NCBI GenBank assembly: GCA_017961575.1 | Contig: JAGCXA010000021.1 | Coordinates: 2,102 to 66,101, forward strand | DNA from: Clostridia bacterium | Lineage (GTDB): Bacteria; Bacillota; Clostridia; Oscillospirales; CAG-272 | Direction: 5' to 3' | Length of the DNA: 64,000 bases | Shown: positions 27,034-36,596 of the stretch, one piece after another | How the letters are laid out: each line of letters starts with the position of its first letter | How positions within the stretch are numbered: position 1 is the stretch's first letter | Notes under the pieces: model-generated | The model's input: only the letters and a program-made list of their open reading frames with translations | The model's database searches: none | What the model was told of the DNA's origin: nothing | Translations under genes and position numbers: made by a program

Positions 27034-28764
27034 ATGAAACATCTGTTCGGACAACTGAAACGCTTCCGGGCGGCGACGATTCTGGCGCCGCTCCTCAAAC
27101 TTGCGGAAGCGCTGCTTGAACTGATAGTTCCCCTGATCGTCGCGAAGATCGTGGACGACGGGATCGGCGGGGGCGACCGGACGCTGATCGTCCGGGCTTC
27201 CCTGTTTCTCGTACTGATCGGCTTCGTCGGGCTTCTCTTCTCGGTCACGGCGCAATACTTTGCCGCCCGCGCCGCCGTCGGGGCGACCAACGGGCTCCGC
27301 CGCGAACTCTTCCGTCACGCGACGGGTCTCCCCTTCAAGGCGCTCGACGAGATCGGCGCGCCGACGCTGGTGACCCGGCTGACGGGCGACGTCAATCAGG
27401 TGCGGTCCGGGGTCAATCTGGGGCTCCGGCTTCTGCTCCGTTCTCCCTTCATCGTATTCGGCGCCCTGATTATGGCGTTTACCGTAGACGCGCGGTCCGC
27501 CCTGATCTTCTCGGTGATGATCCCGGTCCTCTTTCTCGTGGCGTTTGCCGTGACGCTGACGACCATCCCGCTCTACCGCCGTTCGCAGGCGAAACTCGAT
27601 CGGGTCGTCGGACTGACCCGCGAGAATCTGACCGGCGTGCGCGTGATCCGCGCTTTCGGACGTGAGGACGCCGAGGTCGACCGCTTCCGCCGCGAAAGCG
27701 AGGAACTTTCGTCGCTCAACCGCTTCGTCGGGCGGATCTCGGCGCTTCTGAATCCCCTGACCTACGTCGTCGTCAATCTCGCCGTGATCGTCCTGCTCAG
27801 AACCGGCGCGATCCGCATCGACGCGGGAAATCTTTCGCAGGGCGAGTTGATCGCGCTCTACAACTACCTGTCGCAGATCTTGGTGGAACTGCTCAAACTG
27901 ACGTCGCTCGTCATCACGATCAACCGTTCGCTCGCCTCGGCGAAGCGGATCGGGGAGATCCTCGACCGTCGCGACGCGCTCGATTCCCTGCCCGAAGAGA
28001 CCCCCGACCGGGCGACGCCGGATCACGTGGTTTTCCGCGGCGTGTCGCTCACCTATCCCGGCGCGGCGGGTCCCGCCCTGTCGGGGATCGACCTTTCGGT
28101 CGGACGGGGGGAAAAACTCGGCATCATCGGGGGCACCGGATCGGGGAAATCGACCCTGACCGGGCTGATCCCGCATTTTCTCGACGCGACCGAGGGACAG
28201 GTTCTCGTCGACGGGATCGACGTCCGCGCCTACGATACCGACGCGCTCCGGCGCGGGATCGGGATCGTTTTGCAGGAGCCGCTTCTCTTCTCCGGCTCGG
28301 TGCGCGACAATCTGAAAATGGCGAACCCCGACGCGACCGACGCCGAGATGGAGTCGGCGCTTGCAACGGCGCAGATCCTCGATGCGGTGAACGAGAAAGG
28401 CGGGCTGGACGCGAAGATCGAGCAGGGCGGACGCAATTTTTCCGGCGGACAGCGCCAGCGGCTCGCGGTCGCGCGCGCGCTCGTCCGCCGTCCCGAGATC
28501 CTGATCCTTGACGACAGTTCCTCCGCTCTGGACTATCAGACCGACGCGCGTCTCCGCGCGGCGATCGCCGCGCTGCCCGAAAAAACCACCGTGCTGACGA
28601 TCTCCCAACGCACCTCGTCGCTCCGCGATGCAGACCGGATCGCGGTGCTCGACGAAGGGCGGCTTGTCGGGCTCGGAACGCACGAAGAGTTGCTTGCGAC
28701 CTGCCCCGTCTACGCCGAGATCGACGCCTCGCAGAACGCGGACGGAAAGGAGGGGGCGGTATGA
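27034..28764 (+). CDS. ABC exporter, fused permease/ATPase subunit 1
   Basis: Start at ATG 27034. GGTGSGKST Walker A and FSGGQRQRLAVARAL signature. Confidence 0.9.
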   Translation: MKHLFGQLKRFRAATILAPLLKLAEALLELIVPLIVAKIVDDGIGGGDRTLIVRASLFLVLIGFVGLLFSVTAQYFAARAAVGATNGLRRELFRHATGLPFKALDEIGAPTLVTRLTGDVNQVRSGVNLGLRLLLRSPFIVFGALIMAFTVDARSALIFSVMIPVLFLVAFAVTLTTIPLYRRSQAKLDRVVGLTRENLTGVRVIRAFGREDAEVDRFRRESEELSSLNRFVGRISALLNPLTYVVVNLAVIVLLRTGAIRIDAGNLSQGELIALYNYLSQILVELLKLTSLVITINRSLASAKRIGEILDRRDALDSLPEETPDRATPDHVVFRGVSLTYPGAAGPALSGIDLSVGRGEKLGIIGGTGSGKSTLTGLIPHFLDATEGQVLVDGIDVRAYDTDALRRGIGIVLQEPLLFSGSVRDNLKMANPDATDAEMESALATAQILDAVNEKGGLDAKIEQGGRNFSGGQRQRLAVARALVRRPEILILDDSSSALDYQTDARLRAAIAALPEKTTVLTISQRTSSLRDADRIAVLDEGRLVGLGTHEELLATCPVYAEIDASQNADGKEGAV

Positions 28765-30572
28765 AAAAAGATCGGATCGGATTGAAGGAAACCCGTCGTT
28801 CCTCCCGCGGCGTTCTTCGCCGCCTGCTCCGCGAGATCGGGCGCGACCGCGCGCCGCTCGTCCTCTCGCTTCTCCTCTCGGTCGTCTCCGCCGCCCTGAC
28901 CCTCTACGTCCCGATCCTGATCGGACGGGCGATCAACCTTGCCGTCGGGCAAGGGGCGGTCGACTTTGCCGGGATCGGGCGCGTTCTCGTCGCCCTTCTC
29001 GTTACGGTCGGGGTGACGGGACTCTTCCGTTACGCCGTCGAGGTCTTAAACAACAGGATCTCCTGTGACGTCGTCCGGCGGCTGCGGATCCGCGCCTTCG
29101 GAAAGATCGGGCGGCTTCCGCTCTCCTATATCGATTCGCGCGGATCGGGCGAGACCGTCAGCCGGATCGTCACCGATATCGACACGGTCTCGGACGGGCT
29201 CCTGATCGGTTTCGGGCAGTTGCTCACGGGCGTTCTGACGATCCTCGGAACGCTGGCGTTCCTCTTCTGGCTCTCCTGGATCCTTGCCCTGATCGTTCTT
29301 CTCGTCACGCCGCTCTCGCTCTTCGCCGCGCGCTTCATCGCGAGCCGGAGCCACGGCTATTTTCTGAAACAGGCGACGCTGAACGGCGAGGAGACCGCCT
29401 TCATCGACGAGATGATCGGCGGACAAAAGGTCGTGCAGTCGCTCGGCGCGGAAGAAGCGACGCGCGAACGCTTCGACGCGATCAACGACCGCTTCGGGCG
29501 GGCGGCGCTCTCCGCCGTCTTCTTCTCCTCGCTGACCAATCCCGTTACCCGCTTCGTGAACGCGATCGTCTACGCCGCCGTCGCGCTGGCGGGCGCGCTC
29601 CTCACCCTGTCGGGCGTCGGCGGCGCCGCTCCACTATCTGTCGGGGCGCTCGCAGCCGCGCTCGCCTACGCGACCCAATACACGAAACCCTTTAACGAGA
29701 TCTCGGGCGTCGTCACCGAGTTACAGAACGCGATGGCGTCGCTGTCTCGGGTCTTCTCTCTCCTCGACGAACCCGAAGAGAAACCCTCGAAGCCCGACGC
29801 GCCCTCCCTTACGGAGGTCGCCGGACGGTTTGATTTCGACGACGTTTCCTTCTCTTATTCCCCCGACCGTCCGCTTTTAAAGCACATCTCGCTCCGGGTC
29901 AGACCCGGCGAGACGGTCGCCATCGTCGGTCCGACCGGATGCGGAAAAACGACGCTCATCAATCTGCTGATGCGCTTCTACGACGTGTGCGACGGCGCCA
30001 TCCGGCTCGACGGAGCGGATCTTCGCGAACTCGACCGCCGGGAGCTGCGGCGGCAGATCGGGATGGTATTGCAGGACAGTTGGATCCGGGCGGGTTCGGT
30101 CGCCTTCAACCTCGCGATCGGACGCCCCGAAGCGACGCGCGAGGAGATCGAGGACGCGGCGCGACGGGCGCATTGCGACGGCTTTATCCGGCGGATGCCC
30201 GACGGATACGACACGGTTTTGCCGGAAGGGGGCGGCAATCTGTCCGCCGGGCAGAAGCAGTTGCTTTCGATCGCGCGGGTGATGCTCTGTCTGCCGCCGA
30301 TCCTGATCCTCGACGAGGCGACCTCCTCCATCGACACGCGCACCGAAAAAAAGATCCGGGACGCGCTGGCGACCCTCTCGGAGGGGCGCACCTCGTTCAT
30401 CGTCGCGCATCGGCTCTCGACCGTGGTTTCGTCCGACCTGATTCTCGTGATGCGGGACGGCGATATCGTCGAGACCGGCACGCACGCCGACCTGCTTGCG
30501 GCGGGCGGATTCTACGCCGCGCTCTACGAGAGTCAGTTCGGCGGAAAACCGAAAAGGAGGGAGACGCCGTGA
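28761..30572 (+). CDS. ABC exporter, fused permease/ATPase subunit 2
   Basis: 603 aa. Overlaps subunit 1 by 4 nt. GPTGCGKTT and LSAGQKQLLSIARV. Confidence 0.9.
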   Translation: MKKDRIGLKETRRSSRGVLRRLLREIGRDRAPLVLSLLLSVVSAALTLYVPILIGRAINLAVGQGAVDFAGIGRVLVALLVTVGVTGLFRYAVEVLNNRISCDVVRRLRIRAFGKIGRLPLSYIDSRGSGETVSRIVTDIDTVSDGLLIGFGQLLTGVLTILGTLAFLFWLSWILALIVLLVTPLSLFAARFIASRSHGYFLKQATLNGEETAFIDEMIGGQKVVQSLGAEEATRERFDAINDRFGRAALSAVFFSSLTNPVTRFVNAIVYAAVALAGALLTLSGVGGAAPLSVGALAAALAYATQYTKPFNEISGVVTELQNAMASLSRVFSLLDEPEEKPSKPDAPSLTEVAGRFDFDDVSFSYSPDRPLLKHISLRVRPGETVAIVGPTGCGKTTLINLLMRFYDVCDGAIRLDGADLRELDRRELRRQIGMVLQDSWIRAGSVAFNLAIGRPEATREEIEDAARRAHCDGFIRRMPDGYDTVLPEGGGNLSAGQKQLLSIARVMLCLPPILILDEATSSIDTRTEKKIRDALATLSEGRTSFIVAHRLSTVVSSDLILVMRDGDIVETGTHADLLAAGGFYAALYESQFGGKPKRRETP

Positions 30573-31315
30573 AAGGAACCAACGTCCACGCGGGGCATCG
30601 GGAGAAGATGCGCGAGAAATACGAACGCGCCGGCGCCGACGCCTTTCTCCCGCACGAATTGCTTGAAATGCTCCTGTTCTACGCCGTTCCCTATCGCGAT
30701 ACCAACCCGACCGCTCATCTTCTCATCGAGCGGTTCGGCTCGCTTTCCGGGGTGCTCGCGGCGTCGCCGGAAGATCTCTGCGAGGTGCCGGGGATCGGCG
30801 AGTACGCCGCCTCTCTTATCGCGGCGGTGAAGGAGATCTCCGACGCGGCGATCGCCGAAAACCTGCCCGATCGGCGCGAAAACCGCCGGACGATCGCGCG
30901 CCGCGCGCGTGAGGAACTGCGGGGTTCGGCAAACGATCGGACGGTCGCCTACTTCCTCGACAATTCCTATTCCCTGCTCGGAGCCGAAACGGTCTACGAC
31001 GGCTATCTCGGCGCGGCGGGATTCCGCGACAAACTGATCGTGCGCCCGGCGCTGAAAATCCGCGCGTCGTTCGTCGTGCTCGCCTCCTGCCACGCCTCCC
31101 GGAGTTCGCGCGCAGACGAAAACGAGATCGAAGCGTCGGATCATTTCCGGAAGAGTCTCCGGCTCTCGGGTCTTACCCTGCTCGAACACTTCCTTTTCTC
31201 GGGCGATTACGTGACGTCGCTCTCGGAGTATTTTCCGGAAGAGGAGCGCGCGGCGCGGGAACGCGACGCCTTCTTCGCCTGCGGCGGGAGAGGGGGTATG
31301 AACGATGAAAACTGA
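30569..31315 (+). CDS. RadC-like protein with a degenerate JAB/MPN metal motif
   Basis: GTG 30569 overlaps the ABC stop codon (AGGAGG RBS 8 nt upstream). GHREKMREKY...LLEMLLFYAVPYRDTNPTAHLLIERFGSLSGVLAASPEDLCEVPGIG is a RadC N-domain. The JAB position reads LASCHASRSSRADENE instead of HNHPSGxxxPSxxD. Confidence 0.65.
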   Translation: MKGTNVHAGHREKMREKYERAGADAFLPHELLEMLLFYAVPYRDTNPTAHLLIERFGSLSGVLAASPEDLCEVPGIGEYAASLIAAVKEISDAAIAENLPDRRENRRTIARRAREELRGSANDRTVAYFLDNSYSLLGAETVYDGYLGAAGFRDKLIVRPALKIRASFVVLASCHASRSSRADENEIEASDHFRKSLRLSGLTLLEHFLFSGDYVTSLSEYFPEEERAARERDAFFACGGRGGMNDEN

Positions 31316-31943
31316 CTCTTCGGCATACCTTTCGCGCCTGCTCCGCTTTGCCGGGGTGAAGGACGCCGACGGCGCCGCCGGGACGCTGCTTGCCCGTTTC
31401 GGTTCGCTCTCCTCGGCGCTTGCCTCCGATCGCGCGGAACTCGTCGACGCGGGGCTGTCTCCTCGCGGCGCCCTTCTGCTCTCGCTTGCCGCGGCGATCC
31501 CGGCGAGGGCGGCGGAGGACGTGATCCCGGGCGGAACCGTCTTCGACAAATCCGCAAAACTCGCCGACTTCTTCGTCCGCCGCTTCCTCGGCGCGTCGGT
31601 GGAGCGGGTGTGCCTTCTGCTCCTCGACGCCGACAAGCGTCCCCTCGCCTTCAAAAAGATCGCGGAGGGCGCGGTCAACTCCGCCGCCGTCGAACTCCGG
31701 TCGGTGACCGAAGCCGCCGTCCTGTCCGACGCTTCGTTTGCGGTTCTGGCGCACAATCATCCGCGCGGGACCGCCGCCCCGTCCCGTGACGACGAGGCGA
31801 CGACCTCGCTCGTCTCCGACGCGCTCGCGACCGCGGGCGTCCGGTTGATCGAGCATTACGTCGTCGCGGGGAACGTCGCCTGCCCGATTCTGCGCGCGCT
31901 TCCGGGACTTCCCTCCGCCGTACCCGACGAGTTCTACGAATAA
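31305..31943 (+). CDS. radC: RadC family JAB-domain protein (intact motif)
   Basis: 212 aa, AVLAHNHPRGTAAPSRDDEATT. Overlaps the upstream paralog by 11 nt. Confidence 0.8.
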   Translation: MKTDSSAYLSRLLRFAGVKDADGAAGTLLARFGSLSSALASDRAELVDAGLSPRGALLLSLAAAIPARAAEDVIPGGTVFDKSAKLADFFVRRFLGASVERVCLLLLDADKRPLAFKKIAEGAVNSAAVELRSVTEAAVLSDASFAVLAHNHPRGTAAPSRDDEATTSLVSDALATAGVRLIEHYVVAGNVACPILRALPGLPSAVPDEFYE

Positions 31944-31974
31944 AAAAGTCGGGGAGTCCCCGGCGTAAATACGA

Positions 31975-32017
31975 ATACCGCCCGCCCCGGAATGGGGCGG
32001 GCGGTATTGCTTTTTTT
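31975..32017. terminator. Strong bidirectional terminator (left border of the polysaccharide cluster)
   Basis: ataccgcccgcccc-5 nt-ggggcgggcggtat, a 14-bp stem, plus tgcttttttt. Confidence 0.85.
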
Positions 32018-32022
32018 CGGGA

Positions 32023-33048
32023 TCATCTGTTCCCGTACATTTTGTCGTAGTATTTCAGGTAATCGCCCGACGTGCATTCGTCAAGCCACCAGCCGTTCTC
32101 TTTGTACCACGCGATCGTCAGTTTGATGCCGTCGCAAAACATCGTCGTCGGAGCCCAGCCGAGTTCCGCCGTCGCCTTCGACGGGTCGATCGCGTACCGC
32201 TGATCGTGTCCCTTGCGGTCCGCGACGAAGCGGATCAGCGACTCGGGTTTCCCGAGTTCGGAAAGGATGATCTTCACGATCTCGATATTGGACTTCTCGT
32301 TGTGTCCGCCGAGGTTGTAGACCTCGCCGACCTTCCCTTTTTCGAGAACCGCCAGGATCCCGCGGCAATGATCCTCCACGTAGAGCCAGTCGCGGACGTT
32401 CAGTCCCTTTCCGTAGACCGGCAGTTCCTTGTCGTGCGTGGCGTTGTGGATCATCAGGGGGATGAGTTTTTCGGGAAACTGATACGGTCCGTAGTTGTTG
32501 GAACAGCGCGAGACCGTCACCGGCAAGCCGTAGGTGCGGTGATACGCGAGGGCGAGCAGATCCGCCGCCGCCTTGGACGTCGAATAGGGGCTGGACGTTC
32601 TGATCGGCGTGTCTTCGTGGAAGAACAGATCGGGGCGGTCGAGCGGGAGATCCCCGTAGACCTCGTCGGTCCCGACCTGATGGAAACGCTCGACGCCGAA
32701 CGCCCGGCAGGCGTCCATCACGACCTGCGTCCCGAGGATGTTGGTCTGCAAAAAGAGTCCGGGATCCTCGATCGAGCGGTCGACGTGCGACTCTGCGGCG
32801 AAGTTGACGACGACGTCGGGGCGCTCTTTCTTGAAGATCTCGAAGATCCCCTCCCGACGCCTGATATCCTCACGGTAGAAGACGTACCGGGGATCCTTCA
32901 TTTCCTCCCTGATCGTGGAGGGGTTGGCGGCGTAGGTCAGGCAGTCGACGTTGACGACCTTCCAATCGGGTCTCTCTTTCAGAATGAGTTTGCAGAAGCA
33001 GTTTCCGATGAAACCCGCTCCGCCGGTGACAAGGATCGTTTTTTTCAT
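32023..33048 (-). CDS. rfbB: dTDP-glucose 4,6-dehydratase
   Basis: MKKTILVTGGAGFIGNCF...YSTSKAAADLL. Start set to ATG 33048. Confidence 0.92.
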   Translation of the reverse strand: MKKTILVTGGAGFIGNCFCKLILKERPDWKVVNVDCLTYAANPSTIREEMKDPRYVFYREDIRRREGIFEIFKKERPDVVVNFAAESHVDRSIEDPGLFLQTNILGTQVVMDACRAFGVERFHQVGTDEVYGDLPLDRPDLFFHEDTPIRTSSPYSTSKAAADLLALAYHRTYGLPVTVSRCSNNYGPYQFPEKLIPLMIHNATHDKELPVYGKGLNVRDWLYVEDHCRGILAVLEKGKVGEVYNLGGHNEKSNIEIVKIILSELGKPESLIRFVADRKGHDQRYAIDPSKATAELGWAPTTMFCDGIKLTIAWYKENGWWLDECTSGDYLKYYDKMYGNR

Positions 33049-33061
33049 CGTTTTTCCCCCG

Positions 33062-33943
33062 TTACTTGTTTTCGGCGTCACAGAGACCGAGCAAATACTG
33101 ACCGTACTCGGTCATCTTCAATTCTTCCCCGATCTCTCTCAGCTGCGCGGTGGATATGAAACGCCTTCTCCAAGCGATCTCCTCGATGCAGGAGACGTAA
33201 AAGCCCTGCCTCTCCTGAACGGTCGCGACGAATTCGGCTGCCTGCAACATCCCCTTCGGCGTCCCGGTGTCGAGCCAGGCGAACCCCCGCTGCAACAGTT
33301 TGACTTTCAGCCGGTTCTGTCTCAGATACTCGTTGTTGACCGCCGTGATCTCGATCTCGCCGCGTGCGGACGGTTTTACGTTCTTCGCGATCTCAACGAC
33401 GCTGTTGTCGTAAATATACAGTCCCGGAACGGCGTAGTCGGATTTCGGTTTCTGCGGCTTCTCTTCTATGGACACGACCCTGTTGTTTTTGTCGAACTCG
33501 ACGACGCCGAAAGCCGTCGGATCCTTCACCGGGTATCCGAAGATCGTGGCGCCCTCGTTTTTGTCGATCGCGTCCCGCAGAATGTCCGTCATATCGGGAC
33601 CGTAAAAAACGTTGTCCCCCAGAATCAAGCAGACGGAATCGTCCCCGATGAACTCCTCGCCGACGATAAAGGCGTCCGCCAGTCCCCTCGGAGTCTCCTG
33701 AACCTTATAGGAGAAATTCACGCCGATCCGGGAGCCGTCCCCGAGCAATTTGCGGTAAACCGGCAGATCGTCGGGCGTCGAAATAATCAGAACGTCTTTC
33801 ACCGACGCCAGCAACAGCATCGACAAAGGATAATAAATCAGCGGCTTGTCGTAAATCGGCAACAGTTGTTTCGACACCGCTTTGGTCATCGGATAAAGAC
33901 GCGTGCCTTTCCCGCCCGCTAAAATGATTCCCTTCATTTTCAT
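33062..33943 (-). CDS. rfbA: Glucose-1-phosphate thymidylyltransferase
   Basis: [41 protein letters not shown]. Confidence 0.92.
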   Translation of the reverse strand: MKMKGIILAGGKGTRLYPMTKAVSKQLLPIYDKPLIYYPLSMLLLASVKDVLIISTPDDLPVYRKLLGDGSRIGVNFSYKVQETPRGLADAFIVGEEFIGDDSVCLILGDNVFYGPDMTDILRDAIDKNEGATIFGYPVKDPTAFGVVEFDKNNRVVSIEEKPQKPKSDYAVPGLYIYDNSVVEIAKNVKPSARGEIEITAVNNEYLRQNRLKVKLLQRGFAWLDTGTPKGMLQAAEFVATVQERQGFYVSCIEEIAWRRRFISTAQLREIGEELKMTEYGQYLLGLCDAENK

Positions 33944-34326
33944 TCGCCCCCTCTTATGTATTCCGTCGGATCGTAATACTCGTCCGACAAGGTTAAAAGA
34001 ACCGCGTCGCTTGAAAAATCGTACATATCCTTCCAGACCAGTTTCGGAACGTAGAGCCCGACGTTCGGTCGGTCCAGCGTGACGACGTACTCTTCGGTTC
34101 CGTCATACAGCCGGATCTTACAACTCCCGGCAAGATTGATAAAGACGAAGTCGGATTTCTTATTGGCGTGCCGACCCCTGACCGTATCTTCGTTCGCCCC
34201 GTAAATGTAAAAGATCCGCTTGATTTCGAACGGAATATCTTTGAGCGCTTCGACGACGACCAGTTGCCCCCTCTCGTCTCCGCGTTCCGTGAATTCAAAC
34301 AATCTGCATTTTTCCCTCAGATTCAT
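33940..34326 (-). CDS. fdtA: dTDP-4-keto-6-deoxyhexose 3,4-ketoisomerase (FdtA/WxcM-like cupin)
   Basis: 128 aa from ATG 34326 (overlaps the upstream stop). [24 protein letters not shown]...RGRHANKK...[28 protein letters not shown] closely resembles FdtA. Confidence 0.7.
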   Translation of the reverse strand: MNLREKCRLFEFTERGDERGQLVVVEALKDIPFEIKRIFYIYGANEDTVRGRHANKKSDFVFINLAGSCKIRLYDGTEEYVVTLDRPNVGLYVPKLVWKDMYDFSSDAVLLTLSDEYYDPTEYIRGGE

Positions 34327-35426
34327 ACTTCCCCCCGAAACCCGTTCAGGATCTCGATGACGTAATCCTGTTCTTCTTTTTTCATTCCGGTATACAAAGG
34401 CAAACTCAAAACCGTCGAGGCGTATTCCTCCGTGATCGGGAAGTCGCCCTTCCGGTATCCCTGCCAAGCGTAACACTCGGCGAGATGCGGCGGAATGGGA
34501 TAGTGGATCTGCGTCTGGATGCCGTTTTCCTCCAAGTAGTCGTGCAGCGCGTCCCTTTCCGCGCAGCGGATCACGAACTGATGATACACGTGGTTCACGC
34601 CCGCAAGCGTTTCGGGTTTTATGATTTTCGGGTTGCGGATCCCGTCGTAATATCTCTTGCCCAAAACGTATCTCTCGTTCGTGATTTCATCCATATGGGA
34701 CAGTTTGACTCTCAGGAGCGCCGCTTGCATCTCGTCAAGCCGTGAATTGACCCCCTCGATCTCGTTGTGATACTTTACGCGGGAACCGTAATTTCTCATC
34801 ATACGGATTTTCCCCGCCAGATCCGCGTCCTCGGTCACGACGCAGCCGGCGTCGCCGAACGCTCCCATGTTCTTCGTCGGGTAAAAACTGAAACATCCGA
34901 TTTTTCCGAACGTCCCGGTTTTTTTGCCCTGAAAGCAGGACTCGTGAGACTGCGCGCAATCCTCGATCACCGGAAGACCGTGCCGATCAGCCACCTCCAT
35001 GATTCTGTCCATCCGGGACGCCTGACCGTAAAGATGGACGACCATAACGGCTTTCGTCTTATCGGTAATCTTTTCTTCGATTTTGTCCGCGTCGATATTG
35101 AAATACTCGTCGGGTTCCACGTAAACGGGGGTCGCGCCGTTCTCCGTGATTCCGAGCACCGTTGCGATGTACGTGTTCGCCTGAACGATCACCTCGTCGC
35201 CTTCCCCGATTCCGAGCGCTCTGACCGAGAGGATCAGCGCGTCCAAACCGGAGTTCAATCCGACGCAGTATTTCGCGTTCATATGCTTGCCGAACTCTTC
35301 TTCGAACTGCTTTACCTCGTTGCCGAGGATATACCACCCGGATTTCAGAACGCGCAGAGCTGCCGCGTCATATTCGCTTTCAAACATCCGGTATTGCCTG
35401 TCCAACACGTTGCAACTGATCTTCAT
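34323..35426 (-). CDS. DegT/DnrJ/EryC1/StrS-family sugar aminotransferase (FdtB/QdtB-like)
   Basis: 367 aa, LDRQYRMFESEYDAAALRVLKSGWYILGNEVKQFEEEF..., PLP-lysine region FSFYPTKNMGAFGDAG. Confidence 0.85.
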   Translation of the reverse strand: MKISCNVLDRQYRMFESEYDAAALRVLKSGWYILGNEVKQFEEEFGKHMNAKYCVGLNSGLDALILSVRALGIGEGDEVIVQANTYIATVLGITENGATPVYVEPDEYFNIDADKIEEKITDKTKAVMVVHLYGQASRMDRIMEVADRHGLPVIEDCAQSHESCFQGKKTGTFGKIGCFSFYPTKNMGAFGDAGCVVTEDADLAGKIRMMRNYGSRVKYHNEIEGVNSRLDEMQAALLRVKLSHMDEITNERYVLGKRYYDGIRNPKIIKPETLAGVNHVYHQFVIRCAERDALHDYLEENGIQTQIHYPIPPHLAECYAWQGYRKGDFPITEEYASTVLSLPLYTGMKKEEQDYVIEILNGFRGEV

Positions 35427-35453
35427 TCGTGTACGTCCTCCCGCGGCGGTCCT

Positions 35454-36596
35454 TTACGGAATATATCTTCTGGATATTTGTCTGTACGAAAAGTGCTTCA
35501 TTCCATTGTCCGCCGCCGACTGCATTTTTTGAAGTTCCGATTCGTTTTCGATCAGCGTGACCAGATTCTCGTAGATCTCGTCTGCCGAATCGCGGTACAG
35601 GAAGCGCACGTTTCCGCCGATATCGATGTGCGTTGTGCCTTCCCAATACTTTACGATCATGGGTTTCCCGAGTCCGACGACCTGCTCCCAATAAACCGAA
35701 TGCCTGCCGGGAAAGACGACCAGATCCGCCATATTGAAATAACGGTAACTCTCCCGCGAATCCAACCATCCGGCATAGAAAACACGATCGTTCAGTCGCT
35801 CTGAAAACGCATCCTTTATCTCTTCCGAAACCGATCCGAAAACGATCAGTTTCACGTTCTTCCGTTCTATCCTTTTCACCGCGTCCATCAACAGGAGCGT
35901 CTGCGTCTTGGCGGCGTCGATCTTTCCGCCCGTAACGATCAGGAAATCGTCGTCTTTGATTCCGAATTTGTCTTTCAGATCGTCGTTCGGCGTTCTCTTC
36001 GTTTCCTCGACGATCTCATCGTCGGCGCCCATTACCAGGAGTTCCGTCTTATCTGCCGGAATCTTATACACGTTCTTCAAAAAGTCTACTCTGGCGGGCA
36101 AAACGCCGAAGAATTTTTGCGCGTAGGGGACGAGTTTTTGCGCGTAGTGCCTCCAAATAATCTTGTGCAGGACGTTCTTTGACAGAAAGCCCCTCGCGCT
36201 GTTTGAAAAATCGGCGTGATTGTCGACGTACAGCACCGTCTCCGGGTGACGGCGCATATACTTCGCGACGACCTTCGTATCGATGAAAGAGCAACTGTGA
36301 CAAAACAGAATGTCGGGCTGCACCTCGCACAGTTTCTCGTAAACGCCGACAAACCGTTTCAGTCTTCTGCCGTAGTCGTTTCTTCCTTTGATCTCGAACC
36401 GATAGTAGGAAACTCCCTCGTAAACGTAGGAATCCCTCTCGTCGTAAAACAAAACGCCCTCGTTGTTATAGATCCATTTGGCGGCGAAAATATAGGTGTC
36501 GTATCCGTCCAGACGATTGAATTTCGACAGATTGTTTTCCTGATAGTTAAAGCCGGGCGTAACCGCGCCGTTCAGAGCGAGATGAACGATCTTCAT
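35454..36596 (-). CDS. Glycosyltransferase (GT-B, family 4/1-like)
   Basis: 380 aa with the C-terminal pattern of the GT1/GT4 fold. Overlaps the next gene by 4 nt. Confidence 0.6.
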   Translation of the reverse strand: MKIVHLALNGAVTPGFNYQENNLSKFNRLDGYDTYIFAAKWIYNNEGVLFYDERDSYVYEGVSYYRFEIKGRNDYGRRLKRFVGVYEKLCEVQPDILFCHSCSFIDTKVVAKYMRRHPETVLYVDNHADFSNSARGFLSKNVLHKIIWRHYAQKLVPYAQKFFGVLPARVDFLKNVYKIPADKTELLVMGADDEIVEETKRTPNDDLKDKFGIKDDDFLIVTGGKIDAAKTQTLLLMDAVKRIERKNVKLIVFGSVSEEIKDAFSERLNDRVFYAGWLDSRESYRYFNMADLVVFPGRHSVYWEQVVGLGKPMIVKYWEGTTHIDIGGNVRFLYRDSADEIYENLVTLIENESELQKMQSAADNGMKHFSYRQISRRYIP

